A stretch of DNA of 62,821 bases, filler included, from Choristocarpus tenellus KU-1152 (lineage: Eukaryota; Protista; Phaeophyceae): assembly GCA_964200185.2 (NCBI GenBank). It is 12 parts of 12 records of this genome, joined end to end, with 100 filler letters (N's around TTAATTAATTAA, not from the genome) between each part and the next. Parts side by side here need not be neighbours in the genome. Positions count along the whole stretch, not along the records: positions 34,955 to 50,196 come from CAXNAD020001029.1; positions 50,297 to 53,397 come from CAXNAD020022321.1; 10 more parts are not named here. One strand, 5' to 3'. Below, in pieces: positions 37,693 to 50,399 of the stretch (within the stretch, counting starts at the first letter, position 1; every line of letters starts with the position of its first letter). The translations under genes and the position numbers were made by a program. The notes under the pieces are model-generated. The model was not told the DNA's origin, did not search any database, and worked only from the letters and a program-made list of their open reading frames with translations.

Positions 37693-39884
37693 ATGATCGA
37701 AAGAGATGTCGAATCATTTCTCTTCAGTGAAACAGAAGGACCCCCAGGGAAGCGCAATAAGGTTGACACCAAGAACGTATCAGACCCGAAGAAAATACCG
37801 TATGGAAGAGAGGATGATGCCAGTGAGAGCAATTTGGCGTTGAAGATTGTGGATGGAGAAGGAAATGTGTGTCCAGAGATCCACCCTGCAGCTCTGCATC
37901 CCGGAAAGTCGCTTCGGCGTTGTGATGGCTTTGACATAATGCGGAAGGGCAGTCGCAACAAGGACAAGAGGCTAGTAATGCTGCCAGGAACCCTTGGGTT
38001 GGCTAACGGCGGGAAGCTTGGTACTCTGAAGGATATTACAGCGGCGTGCCCCACTTTGTATTTTGAATTCCCGGAGGTACGAGGATAATCTCAGTCGAGG
38101 CTCGCGATGAATTTTTTCAGCTGCTTTGATGAAGCTATTTGGAAGTGATTTCAAATTGTCAGGACCAGAATCAAACGCCCATCCATACATCACAAGGTCA
38201 TCATCCACAAATCTGATCTCCCACCTCCAGGGTCGGCTCAAGTGCACGGGCCGTACGGTACATGCTAGGGGACGATTCTTCACTCTGTACGCAGATAAGA
38301 CTGGGGCGAAGGCGAGTCGAATGGACTGCCGTGATGTCTTCGACGCGGTAACATTTTTCACGAAGGTCGCATGGGTTGGCTCCCTTGAGGATAACCCGGA
38401 AGAAAACCCTTTGCCTCTGCCAATTTCTCTTCAGGTGAAATTGATGAGCGGTTAAGTGGTTGGGTGAGAGGTAGGAGAGTGAAGCTTATCCCCGCTGGAA
38501 AATGTATGTGAACCCGGTCAAGTGCAGACCATGGTACGCATGGTCGAGAGTACCCTCAAGAATACATGCTTCAATCTAATTTGCAGTTTGATCTCTACTA
38601 TGTGCTTTTCGTGTTGCCAAGGTGGTCACTTTGTCAAGCAGTTGTCTCACCTCAAGCTGAGACGGTTCACATTGTAGAAGTCAGACCTTCAAGCAAACAC
38701 TTTCGTTTTGAGCAAACTCTCTTATGTGGGCAGTCTTGTCATCCTGTACACACGTAACTGCGTGCAGGTATTCCTGTGGCCTTGCTTTTCCAACTCAACA
38801 ACTTGACTACCAGACTAAGTGCCCTGTCCTCTGCTATGCACTCATTCCACAATTGAATAATGAAAAGCAGGCATTGCCCCAGGAAAACCCATTGACAGGA
38901 AAGGAAGCCTTTGAGATCCATTTTGGTGCAGGAAATCCATCCAAAGTTGATGGAGATCAGGTTAAGGGCAAGGGGAAGGCTAGATTGCCAGCACTGTCCA
39001 TGGTTGACTCCAAAGGGGGAGAAGGTGGTACGGACGGAACGGGTTCAGGAAACATGGAGACTGATGACGGGGAGCAACTTAATCGGAGAAGTGGACGGAC
39101 AAAGGGCAGGTCACGGATTGTCTATGCTGAAAAGGATGAGGATGAGTTGGATGAAGATTCAGAGACCGGATCTGACAACAGCAGTGACCATGATGAAGGT
39201 CAGGAAAAAGATAAGGGGGAGGAAGGGCAAGGATCAAATGTAGACCAGGGCAGAAAGCAACAAAATAAAGGTGCAACTGAGGTGAGGAGGACGCAGGACA
39301 AGGACAGTAGTGTAGAGAGTGAAGCAGAGGTGGGTAACATCTTGGATGAAAATGATCATAATGATAAGGGGAGCGGGAGTGCTGAATGTAGTGAGTCAGG
39401 TGAAACAAGTGCACAGATTTCCCCAAGGGGAAGAAGTAAGAGAGGGAGAGGGGTGGGGTCGTCTTCAAGGGGGGGAAGGGGTGGAAGGAAAAGCAAGGGA
39501 GGTCCACTCAAGAATGTGGGAAAGGTTTCATCTGTTTCGCCTTCCAGTGGGGACAGTGATGGTGTTGGCAGTAGTGAAAATGGTAGTGAAAACAGTAGTA
39601 GGGTCAGCAAGAATAGTGGCTCTCTGCTTGTTCAAAACGAACAGCAGCCTACCCATAGGACAAGTGGAAGGTTCCGGGGAGTGAAGGTCAACTACTCACA
39701 GGAAACCGATTCTGACTCTGATGGTGATGCTGACTGTGACTCTGACTCTGAAGTTGATCAATTGGCAGGGAAAAATGTTGCAGGGCGGGGACAACATGGT
39801 GATAGTGGTCATGGGGAAGAGTATGAGAGTGATGGAAGTGAAGAGTACTGTGAGCCTGCTCCAAAGAGGTCTCGCAAGAAGTAG
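37693..39884 (+). CDS. RHL1: RHL1-like DNA-binding protein (DNA topoisomerase VI accessory subunit), 3 exons, ~533 aa
   Basis: Exons 37693-38076, 38231-38434 and ~38871-39884 (phase 0, GT-AG; third acceptor less certain). Core DIMRKGSRNKDKRLVMLPG...LGTLKDI...PTLYFEFPE|GRLKCTG...FFTL...CRDVFD...WVGSLEDNPEENPLPLP parallels Arabidopsis RHL1 as I recall it (DIIRKSQRKNRFLFSFPG...NPVLYLNFPQGRMKLFG...CDDYFD...WWIGTKEENPEE). Acidic/basic tail ends in NLS-like PAPKRSRKK. Confidence 0.9.
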
Positions 39885-40799
39885 CAGAGTTGCTGGGGGG
39901 TTGCCTTGTTCAATGAGATTTGTTGATGTTTGGGAAAGGCTGATGTTGGATACTCTGTGTTTGATTGCACCAAGCCCACTCTACCCTAGAAACCTTTTAT
40001 TTGTAGTGATGAGTCTGATCAATGCAATATCAACGGTCGCAACCACATGGATAGAGCTGGTGTAACTAGAGGTAAATTAAGCTAGTACTTTGGAGAATAG
40101 ATCTTAATGTAAGTTAATTTTGCTTTCAGTTTGTCCGATAGAGCCTCACAAACCCAATCCAGATGAAATGATGAAGATGGTGAGCAATGTGGTACAAATG
40201 TGAATGGGGTATGACGCCATCACTCCAAATGGAAACCAAGTTACAAGTACTGTATTTGATATTTTTTGTATACCCAATGCCACTTTTTGCAAGTCAATCT
40301 GAGCTAGTGCAGAGTCAAACTATACACTTCACATTCCTTAGCTGTAGCTAACTATTGTTGTCATGGGAAAGCTTGCTGTAAGCCATGTCTTTTTTTTTCT
40401 TGACATGTGAAGTGCATGATTATGGACGCTTCAACTGGTGGGTATGGAATGGACTGTGGCTGATGATAATTGGCTTACCATACTGCTATTGTAGTGTAGG
40501 GTTAAGTCCTCCTACAGGTCGATCTGGTCAAGAAGCCAGACATTCTGCACCACCACTGTTCACAGTTCTTTTGGACTTTACACCTTTTGGGGGGGGGCAT
40601 TTTTTTTGGCATGCCATGACAAATCCCATTATCTTGTCACCATTTGGAGCACAAGTTGATATATTTTAGGGGACAACAGATTTTTACTATGCTATCATTC
40701 TGAAATGTGTCATGATATATACTGAAAATCTATCAATTTTGAGCTATGGGGTAACTCTTCCATCTTAAAAAAGTGTGAGTAATCTCATCGAATAGTCAT

Positions 40800-42700
40800 A
40801 ATCTCTCGAAGTGTTGTGGTAGTAACACCAGCAACAAATGTGGAACCTACAAATGTTTAGCATGAATCCTGCCCTCCACCCTTCCTTGAAGATAGATGAG
40901 TCAAATATTCTTATCTTGAAGCTTTGTTTTACTCTTCCTCCCTACAGTGCTGTTGTGTATGAATTGTGGTGATTGAAAACCCCATTCCGCCCCAATTTTT
41001 TCGAGGAATCTAACAGACACCATCCCACACGCTCAATCCTCCTCCAGAAGAATATTTTTCTGCTTTCCAGGTGAATCAGCCCAGATGAGTGCTTTTTCAG
41101 AATGATGTGGAAGAAACTACCACTTGCTCCAAGTAGTGTTACAATAGTATAACATCAAATTAGGGATATGCACTCAGTGTCTATTTGATCATATTTATGC
41201 AAATCATGGAGATACAGTGGATACTTAGTGGACGACTTGGAATTGATGTTTTGGGAATACATAGAAGATTAGGGGATGAAAATTGTCCCTCATCGTCCTC
41301 CATCATTCATGTTGATGCCATACCAATTGTTGGTTGTTTCAAGAACAAGTTATGAATAGACATCTAAGTAGTTTGTGGTAGATTCAGAGAGGAATGTTGG
41401 ACTCCGTCCCATTTGAATGGGATCAATTAAGCAGTTACATCCTTCAGAATAATGTTAGACCTATCAGGGGGACCAGAGAAGTAATTTGGTGCCAAGATCG
41501 GAGATCCTGTGCTGCTTCCACAGTAAGTTAGGTTAATGTAAAGATAGTGACGTAAAATGATATGGCCTCTTCATTGCCATTGTATGTGGCAAGTAAATTC
41601 AATAATTGCGAAGGTTTCAGCACATCTTTTGTTCGGCATTTGGTTGGAGTGTTGAAAGTACAGTATTATTGTTGCACTGGGGAGACCACTTATAGGACAT
41701 GCACATTTGTTCAGAAGGGTGATAGGTTGCTCTAGTCACATATGAAGCACCCCAATATCTTCAGCGATTTTTTGCTTGCCATGGATTTTATAAACTTCCA
41801 GGGATTAGAAAAAGTCTATTTCTGGGGTGTTTCCACAGGCTACTTTTGATTCGGTTTTACGATGAGCCTGGAGAGATTGAGGCCGCATTTATCACATTGT
41901 GTCTCATAAGATCCACATATCTTAGTTACATGTGACTTCTTACAATTTACTACACTATGAAAAAAAAAATTGGTTTAAGCAATTTGACATTAGCGGAAAT
42001 TTAAATATCAAAATATTTTAGACTGAGTGATGGTCGTGATTGAGCGGCAAGGGTATTGCTGCAATTAATCACCAATTGACAATATTTATTTTATGGTTTC
42101 ACAAGTAACATAAAATATATACAGTGGAAGACTCGGTAAAGATAATTTAAAGAAAAATAGTGGGTTTATATTATGTTTTATACCAATATATTAAACACTG
42201 TGAACCGAACGCAGGAGGTAAATGGACAGGTTGGAACCTCTTCGGATGCGTGCCCGTTTCCCTGGTTGATATGGTAAGGATGTAACCAATTCTTGCTCCT
42301 CTGTTGTGGTATATGCCAAAAAAAAACTCTCATGCTTGCAATAAGATGATACTTTGTTCTGATCATCTCTCAACTGGCCTATTCTTCAGTATTCCAGTCA
42401 CATCAGCTACCACAACACTGTTATTACACTGAAGCCTCGTTCGAGGTGTATCAACTAAGCATCAGCCCAGCACATTTCCTTTTGGTTTTTTGTGATCCTG
42501 ACTGTCTATCTATGCTCTCGCTTGCACATGTGTCTTGTTACAACTCTAGACCATTTCTGAAAGGGTCGGCAACTGTTAAGTTAGATTAGGAAAACAACGT
42601 GCTGTTACCCAAGATTCTCTCCTGTTGATGGCATTTCTGTTACCAAACATATCTTCTACACATTGGTGGGAAAACATCACACTGCATTATCCCATTTCCC
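40800..42700 (-). mobile_element. Possible highly degenerate LINE remnant
   Basis: Minus-strand PRKNWGGMG at ~40980-41006 (cf. post-RT PKxxGGLG). No long ORF; weak. Confidence 0.25.
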
Positions 42701-44445
42701 ATGACTGTGTCACTACAACTGCGTGTACTACTCCAGCAAGGTTAGTAAATGATATGCTCTGGAGTATTTTCTTTAAAAAAATACTGAAGATCATAGTTCC
42801 CAGAACCATGCCTGTTGTTGTGATGGGTCCTTGGAAACTTAACAAAAAATGTAACTAGAAAGTCAATCACACCACTACCAATTTCTTCTCAGAGTCTGGG
42901 TGGGGTAGGTGACAGTTGAATAAAGCATAATAAAACGGAACATAAGGGTAGAATGATTCTATGTAGTGTATTCAACAGCGTTTCTCTTGATTTAAGACGA
43001 GGACTCTCAACTCCAAGATTCTCCTCCAAAAACATGAAAAAACATAAATGCAAGCGGTAACCTTACGCATTCACAGATTTCCGGTGTTAAGAAATTGGAA
43101 GGGCCAGAGGGCAAATACTATCACAAGTCCTTGACAAATATGATACAATCAATGATGGTAACATGGTATCATGTTCTAGTTGCGAAAAAATAGTTCACAG
43201 AGAGATTTGGAACCAACTAGTGGTATGTATCGGGACCCCAGCCCTAGATAAAAAGTGATGAAATAGGTCTTAGTACGAAAATGCCCTCCTGCGTTCATAC
43301 CGTATTATAACAATGCACACATTTATCATATCCTGAGTGAAAGAAGCTCCTCTGTCTCCCTAATCCAATAAAAAAGCATCGCACATCCTTCGTACTTACC
43401 TTCACATCACCAGGGGGGCTTCCGACAATCTGGTGAAGGGTATGTAGCAAGGGTCAACAGATGAAAGAAACCCACTGCAAATAAATCACTATGTCAGAAG
43501 GAGAGGTATTTACCATCTTCACAGCAACAACAGTCTCGCAACTTGCCTTCAGTTCTAAAACAGAGAAATAGCAAAAAGTTCCTTTGAAGTACCCATTGTG
43601 TTTCCTCCATCAAGGAAACACAGAGGAGGCGACAGGATGCATAGTTCAATATACTCCCGTTGAAATTAGTACAGGGATGGAGAAAATGAATCCATTTTTC
43701 CTCTTCCTTCTGTCCTCCGTCTAATCCCCATACACATTCTCCGCTCATTGAAACAAACGGAATATGCGTGCTTCTAGAAAAATGCCATCTGCATGCTGTT
43801 TGTCTTCTCTATGAGCAACATCAATATATCCAGAGTATAAAGAGTACTTCAAAGTGTGCTGCCATCCATTAAGTCTGCTCGTCCAGTCTGTAACAATTTA
43901 ATTTTCACAGTATGAAACACAGTGCATTGGTAATGGCATGCTGGAGGTACAGATGGGGGGTATATCGCACGGACTGCATGGCCTTGTGCACTAGTCACGA
44001 GATATGAAGGAACTCAAGACAACATTCTTGTGTATAGTAATTTTGAACATATACATGTAGAACATTGCTGTAGAATATGCACATTGTCGTTTCTTGCATC
44101 AGGAACCTCCTTGCACACAAATGCGGTATGCATTTCTCTTCGTTACTGTTTGTAATGAGAGAACTTGGAGGAAAGGGTAGGCGTGATCACACCTGAGGCT
44201 CATTTTGGCGATGTCTAGATGTAGAAGGGCTACAAGATCTGACAACAAACCCCCCCAAGAAACTGATGTGCATCATACGAGCAATAGAGATAAGGATGCC
44301 TACACTGCATGATGCCACTATATATACTAATATTCCTATGTTCCCCCTTGTACCCCAAACTACGATATGGCTACAATGGATGCTCTGTCAAAGGGTGTGT
44401 CCTCCTAACGTTTTTACTTTGTCGTACTAGAACATATATGAAACA

Positions 44446-45835
44446 TTACGCTCTATAGCTGGTTTTGTGTAATTCTTGTCCACTACTCGACAGGGCCTTA
44501 AGGATGGCCTCAGCCAAGCAAGACCTTTTCCCTTCATTATCCACTTTTTTTATCTTCTCTGAAGCATACCTCTCAACTTCCTCAATCTTACATTGGTACA
44601 GATCTCGCTCAGCAAGCAGGGCCAAGAAAACCTGGGGATTATAAATGAAAATGGGATGACAGAGATATTGGTTTGGAGGGAGAGCTGCCTGGTCATAAAG
44701 AGCGGGCATAAGTAATCGTAACACGAACAAGTGGAATCTAAATACGGCAGCTGGGAGGCACAAAACAGAGCTTTCATTGATTCTGACTACTTATCCTGGA
44801 CAAATGCCGAAACGATTCTTTTACCGAGTCTCAATTTCAGTCATGTTTATCAAGTGCAGGGACAAAAGGGAGGCTGCAGTGCACAGGGCCTAGGTTCCAC
44901 TTGGTTCTACGTATGCAACTGCAATGCATGACATCGTAAAAAGGTGTACGAGGGTAATTTCGAGTAATATGAGGCAACGGTTGCCAGGAGGGAATTGAGG
45001 GTTGCTTGGTAGGGCTCAGGCTGGCAACTTGGCAAAGACTTGGTAAGAGTTTTTTTCACCTACACAAACATCAAAGTAGGAGATACTTCCAGGAACCTAA
45101 GACAGCTAGATAAGTATGCAATGAGGGTCAAATCTGGTAGTTTGCTTCGGCAGTATCATGTGAAGCGGCTTATTGTAGGAAGAAAACCCTAGAAACATAA
45201 CGGATACAAAATTGAAATCGGCTCAAAAGAGTAGAAGGGTCTTATAAGTTACGCCTTCTTTCAGCACGAGGCAATAGCGCATGGGAATTCAACACTTGGC
45301 GCGAAAGATGAGATACTATGAGCCAGAGCATGGGCAAGGGGAGTACGTTTTGACGATTATGGTGGTGGTGCAGATGTGGCAGGATGGAGGAATGGGGTGC
45401 AATGAGAGCCCCGCCTCATGATCTCTTGCCATCTGCAAAGGCAAGAGAGATAATCGAATCTCTTCACCCACCCACAAATGAATCCAGGAGGGTAGATGGA
45501 GCTTTTCGGTGGAGATTAGTAATGCGAGAAAAGGCTGATGGGCACAACAAGGATGAAAAATGCGATCATCTATGTCAGTGTCACAGTGAGAAACCCTCGC
45601 CCCATAAACAGGCACCGTAACACCACACCGTTTTTAGTCTCTCATCCCTGCTGTCGAGCTCCTTATGCACAGCTAGAAGTCGCTCCACCTTGTTAAACAA
45701 CTCCGACATAACCCCCCCCTGACTCCTCGCCCCAGATTCTTCTGCGGTTGCCAGCAACTGGGATACCAAGTCCCAAAGGCATCCTCCTAGGTCAGATAAA
45801 TATTTCAGATTACCACTATCCTCACTTTTTGCCAT
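44446..45835 (-). CDS. Small (130 aa) two-exon protein with EB1 C-terminal (EBH)-like motif and no CH domain
   Basis: Exons 45835-45629 (ACG|GTGTGG donor) and 44631-44446 (CCCCAG|GTT acceptor), phase 0. The spliced junction reads ERLKT|VFLALLAERDLYQCKIEEVE...LAEAILKAL, in register with EB1 LKLTVEDLEKERDFYFGKLRNIE...LQRIVDIL. Confidence 0.6.
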
Positions 45836-46198
45836 CCAACTTCTAGATGTAGTCTCTTTTTCCTGTCCTTCCTCTATACCCTTTCAGAAAATTGCGGATC
45901 CTTGAAGATCAAATACCTAAGATGTTCAGAACCTTCTCGACAACGATCATACGGTACCGTATATTTTAGAGTGGAGTACTGAATGTACGGCAGGCACCAT
46001 AATGTGAGAGGTGTGGTCTATCTCCAACTTAATTGTCTAACTAGGTGTACCTGTGTATATTTCGTCCCCCATCCTCGCAGCGAGAGCTTAAAACTTCACA
46101 CTTATTGCTCGATCAGTAAGGCTAGACTGTCACCACGATATCTAAGGAGATTTCACCATTGTGAGGTTAGGTTCCAGTAAAGATAGACCTTGCAAACA
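45836..46198. promoter_or_regulatory. Putative bidirectional promoter (363 bp) between the EBH-like gene and STRAP
   Basis: Divergent start codons at 45835 (-) and 46199 (+). Inferred from geometry only. Confidence 0.45.
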
Positions 46199-47543
46199 AT
46201 GGCAGCAGCGAGTGGAACCGCAAGGCAGATACCGATTGTTTGTCCAGGACATTCTCGTCCACTGGCGGAGTTGTCGTACAGTCCAGAGACAACGGATGGT
46301 ACATTTCTTATCAGTGGCTGCCATGGTAAGCAAAAATGCCGATATTTTGTGCGCTTCATCAAAACCCTGATGTTGATTTCTCCACCCCTATCAGTGTCAA
46401 GATATTGCGGGATGGGGTTATTATATCTTATCTCTTGTTCGGTGCTTGGAAAAGGAAGGAAGAAGTTTCTTGGTGTTAGTGACAAGCCTCTTTGGTTGAA
46501 GTTGCCTATGTTGCCTCCATTGATTTGATTTTGCTCTATTTGTTGGGGTTATGCACCAGACAAAGTCCCTTTACGACTAGAGAAGAATTCACACGCCTGG
46601 AGAATTTTGTGAGATTAAGCTCTCTCCTAGGATATTTGCTTTGCTAGGGTGCTCCTAAATGTCTGGGGAAGGTGTGCTCCTCAATTCAAATCCTTTCTCT
46701 ACAGTGCCTGTTGGACCTACCCCATATACATCAACCTTTATCATCCAGAACTGTCTTGCGGTTCGTGAAGCACTCTAACATTTGTGCTACCTTTGAAATA
46801 AAATATGTGTCTCCAATGTGCTATCAACCCCCACCTGCTCACGCTCATAGCATGTTCCCCTCCCCTTCCTTGCCAGTCCATCCACTGCTTCAGCCTTTGA
46901 AATTTTCTCTTCTGAATGCATTATGTGTATCTGTCTTGTTTATATATCTGAGCTCGTTGCCTACCCTAATATGCTAGCTGATCATGGGAGTCCTCTTGCA
47001 AACAATATGATTGCCTTCAGAAATGCCGATAGTTGAGATGTATGATGCTTCAAACACGTTCAAGTTATCGGTGAGGGGAAGGTTTCGATGTTACCATGAC
47101 TCCCTAGATTGGCTAGTTGAGGAAAGGAGTCGACTAGTTGGAAGCAATCCTTTCAGGAATTTAAGACTTGTACTTCTTGATATGTTGGACATACGAGAAG
47201 GCGTGAGGGGTAGTTTTGTTTGTTTGGTACTTTCTTACCCCGCCATGTCCCAGGTCAACCCCCCCCCCCCCCCCAAATCTCTTCACTCAGTTGTCCTTTC
47301 CATCTCGAACGTCCTCCCTCTGAACCTTTACCCCCCCTCGTTGCCCCTTTGCCTCTTGACGACCCTTCTGCTCCTGAAAAACTCTCACTGCTGACTGTAC
47401 CACATTGTGGTCTTGGCGGAGCTCAGCAAAAACTCCGATGATCCGAAATGGCACCACTGGGGATTGGATAGGAACATTTCAGGGGCACAAGGGGGCCGTA
47501 TGGGGAGTGGCACTGGATAATGTTGCTCTACTGGCAGCAACTG
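46199..47543 (+). CDS. STRAP: Serine/threonine kinase receptor-associated protein (STRAP/UNRIP, WD40), first two exons
   Basis: Exon 46199-46325 ([43 protein letters not shown]|GTAAG) and exon 47427-47543 ([40 protein letters not shown]|GTGAG). [16 protein letters not shown] is the STRAP signature. Remaining exons were not found before the contig end. Confidence 0.95.
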
Positions 47544-49800
47544 GTGAGCTTATAGAGGCATTGATAACTAGAGGGCAAGGGATGGATTGTGAAGCAGAGA
47601 CTGTGTCCAATCTAGTATTTTCTGAATGGTGCTGTAGGCAATTCAAGTTGCCCATGCAGTGAAAATCCTGTGTTCAAGTCTTGTTTTCTTGTCCTTTAAT
47701 CTGGATGGTGTGCTTATGCAGGGCATGCTGCGCTAACGGTTGTGGACCATTTCACGGTTCAGTACGGTGGGGGGGGTTGGTGGGGCTATGATGTGGACTA
47801 GGACTACTCTTGCTCTCTATTGCTTTGTCGGCTCTTGTCTATGTTTGAGGCTGAAGAATAGCACTCCGCTTCTTGGGGAGAGTTTGTGTAATCCTAGATC
47901 CTTCGGGACAGGATGTGAGAATGTGCGAAGTGGTAGCTTTGTATTTGTTTTTTTGTTTTGTTTTGTGTGTACCATGATTCCCACACAACCTGACATCTTC
48001 CTGTAGTGCGTAGCAGAGAGAGACACCCACAGAGTAGATGAATTGCCCAGTATCTGGGGGACGCTCGTACGCACAAGGCATAAGACAAGGCATAAGATGG
48101 CGCAATTTAGTTGTGCAATAGTGTAGACAGGAGCACTCAAAGACCAGGGAGTCCTGATCGCACCACTCCTCTATTTGGGGCGCTTCTTGCACTGCTCCTA
48201 CTGGGGTTTCCAATGCCTTATCTCATAAAACAATATTGAATATTCTTATCGCTTTTTTCGTGTGTATGAGACGTGAGACCATGGGTAGAAATTTTTAAAT
48301 CTCAGACGCCTTGTTTTGCTCCTCTCTCACTGGTAGATACGGCGAGTAATGCAGTGTCTGTAGACCAGTAGTGGACAGGTGTGATAGTGGGACATTTTGT
48401 AGGGTGATCTGGATGAATGTTAGTGCAGAACATGCATGTGACATCTGAAGTGCAATGTGTGTTGACATTAGCTACTTGCGGAGAATGATGGGGTTGGGCC
48501 GAGGATCTTACGTTGGTACCACTGAAGGATGTTTCTCAGGATGTTCCTCAGGATGTTCCCCAAGATATGTCGATGTTGGTGTTGTGGTTGTTGTGTGTCT
48601 GCAGTGGGGGTTGGTTGGACTACGGTTATACCTATGTTAGGAAGTTTGGGGTGTGTTGGTGTGTACTTTTTGGGTTAGGGTTAGGGTTATTAATAGTGAC
48701 TTTTGGCGCATTGCTGTCTGTTAAGGGTGTTTATATCTGCACCCTCTTTGGGAGGTGTAGAGGATGTGTGTTTTGATAAGAGTATCAAATGTGTTTTTGT
48801 GGGTGGGTTTGGATTAGAGGTTTGTAAGTGATGCGTAGGCGGTTTGTTTGTTTGTTTGTTTGTTTGTGTGTGTGCGCGCGCGCATGTACGTGTTCAGAGT
48901 CTTACTGTTTTTTTATTGTTTGTTTGAGGGACAAGTGCTGCATGTGTGTGGTATCTGTGCATTGATGTACTTCGTTGGTGTTGTGCGTACTCGGTTAAGG
49001 ACAAAAAAGGCATTTTTGTAGTAATGTGATTGTATTGATAGGAGTGCTGTGGTGCTTTCAATATTAGCACGATAGTGTGGATAGCAATGGTATGATTGTT
49101 CTACAGCAGAAGTGCGATAGTGTAGTTAATTATAGTGTAGTTAATTGCAGGAAATGATGCTACCAGCACAATATTATCGAAGCAGCGAGTTAGTATTTTC
49201 AACGGCGGGGTTCAAAAATTAGTTTTAAAAAAGCTAAAAAAAAAATTGGCGGGAAGAATTTTTTTTTTGTGCGTCTGTTGTTCACCAAGCGCACGAGCTC
49301 ATTTGTTCCAGAACGTGCTTTGTAGTGGACAAAGGTCGGGGTCATTTGCTCTTCGTCGGTTGCTGCTTTGCATATGTTTGAGCCAAGTCAGTCCGTGATG
49401 TTCACTGTGTGAGACAATACTGTTGCTTTCAACACTAGAATGTTAGTTTTGTTGGTTAAACGTTGCATGATGACATCAAAGCAGTGGTGCCACGAAGTCT
49501 TGAATATAATTTTATGATGTATGTGTGTATGTATAAATTTTCTGCATGTACTATTCATCTAGTGTTGATAGTTTTTACGATGTAGAAATTTACATATATT
49601 TCTGTACTTACTATTCATGCAGTGAGTGTGGCGAGACTTTTGTATGTATTGAAAAGCAGCACAACTGTTGCGACGTCTGTGGTTAGTTCTTTGTTGTGGA
49701 GGAAGGGTACTGTCTTCGCCTTGGCCGCGTCAATCTGCACTTGTTGTGTCCCCACTTACTGCCCCATGACCATACCATGCCAGCAGAAACTAGTTGGGTC

Positions 49801-49848
49801 TAGAAGTAGAAGTAGTAGTAGTAGTAATAATAATAATAATAATAATAA
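49801..49848. repeat. Compound microsatellite (AGT)n(AAT)n
   Basis: Direct reading of the sequence. Confidence 0.9.
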
Positions 49849-50399
49849 TGTTCTCATTCATCGATTCAACGAGAGGAGTGTCCCAACCCATGGTCAGAGG
49901 CACTAACTACACTCTGAAGTGCTTATCGCGCTCGCTCCCACAACTGACTGTTACAATGATACTTACAAGTATGGCATGGCGGTAATACCACCGGTATGAC
50001 AACGGGGGTTTAAAAAAAAGTACCTCTTGGAAGTGGCATCATTCCACGAGTATTAGAACAGCAGTATTCATAACATAGTTATCATTTTTGTCTTTATTTG
50101 TGCGGATGTCGGTGGCGGTGGAAGCATACACTCCTTTTGTTTTTGCTTTGTTGCCATTTTTATTTATTTATTTATTTATTTTTGGGGGGGGGGAGGNNNN
50201 NNNNNNNNNNNNNNNNNNNNNNNNNNNNNNNNNNNNNNNNTTAATTAATTAANNNNNNNNNNNNNNNNNNNNNNNNNNNNNNNNNNNNNNNNNNNNATAT
50301 ATAGCTTTATTGTAGCATGGGTGTGTGGTGGGGTATGGATGTGTTTATACACTGGGATCTGGGCGACACATTGCGCAGGTTGCCGGGTCGGCCCTGTAC

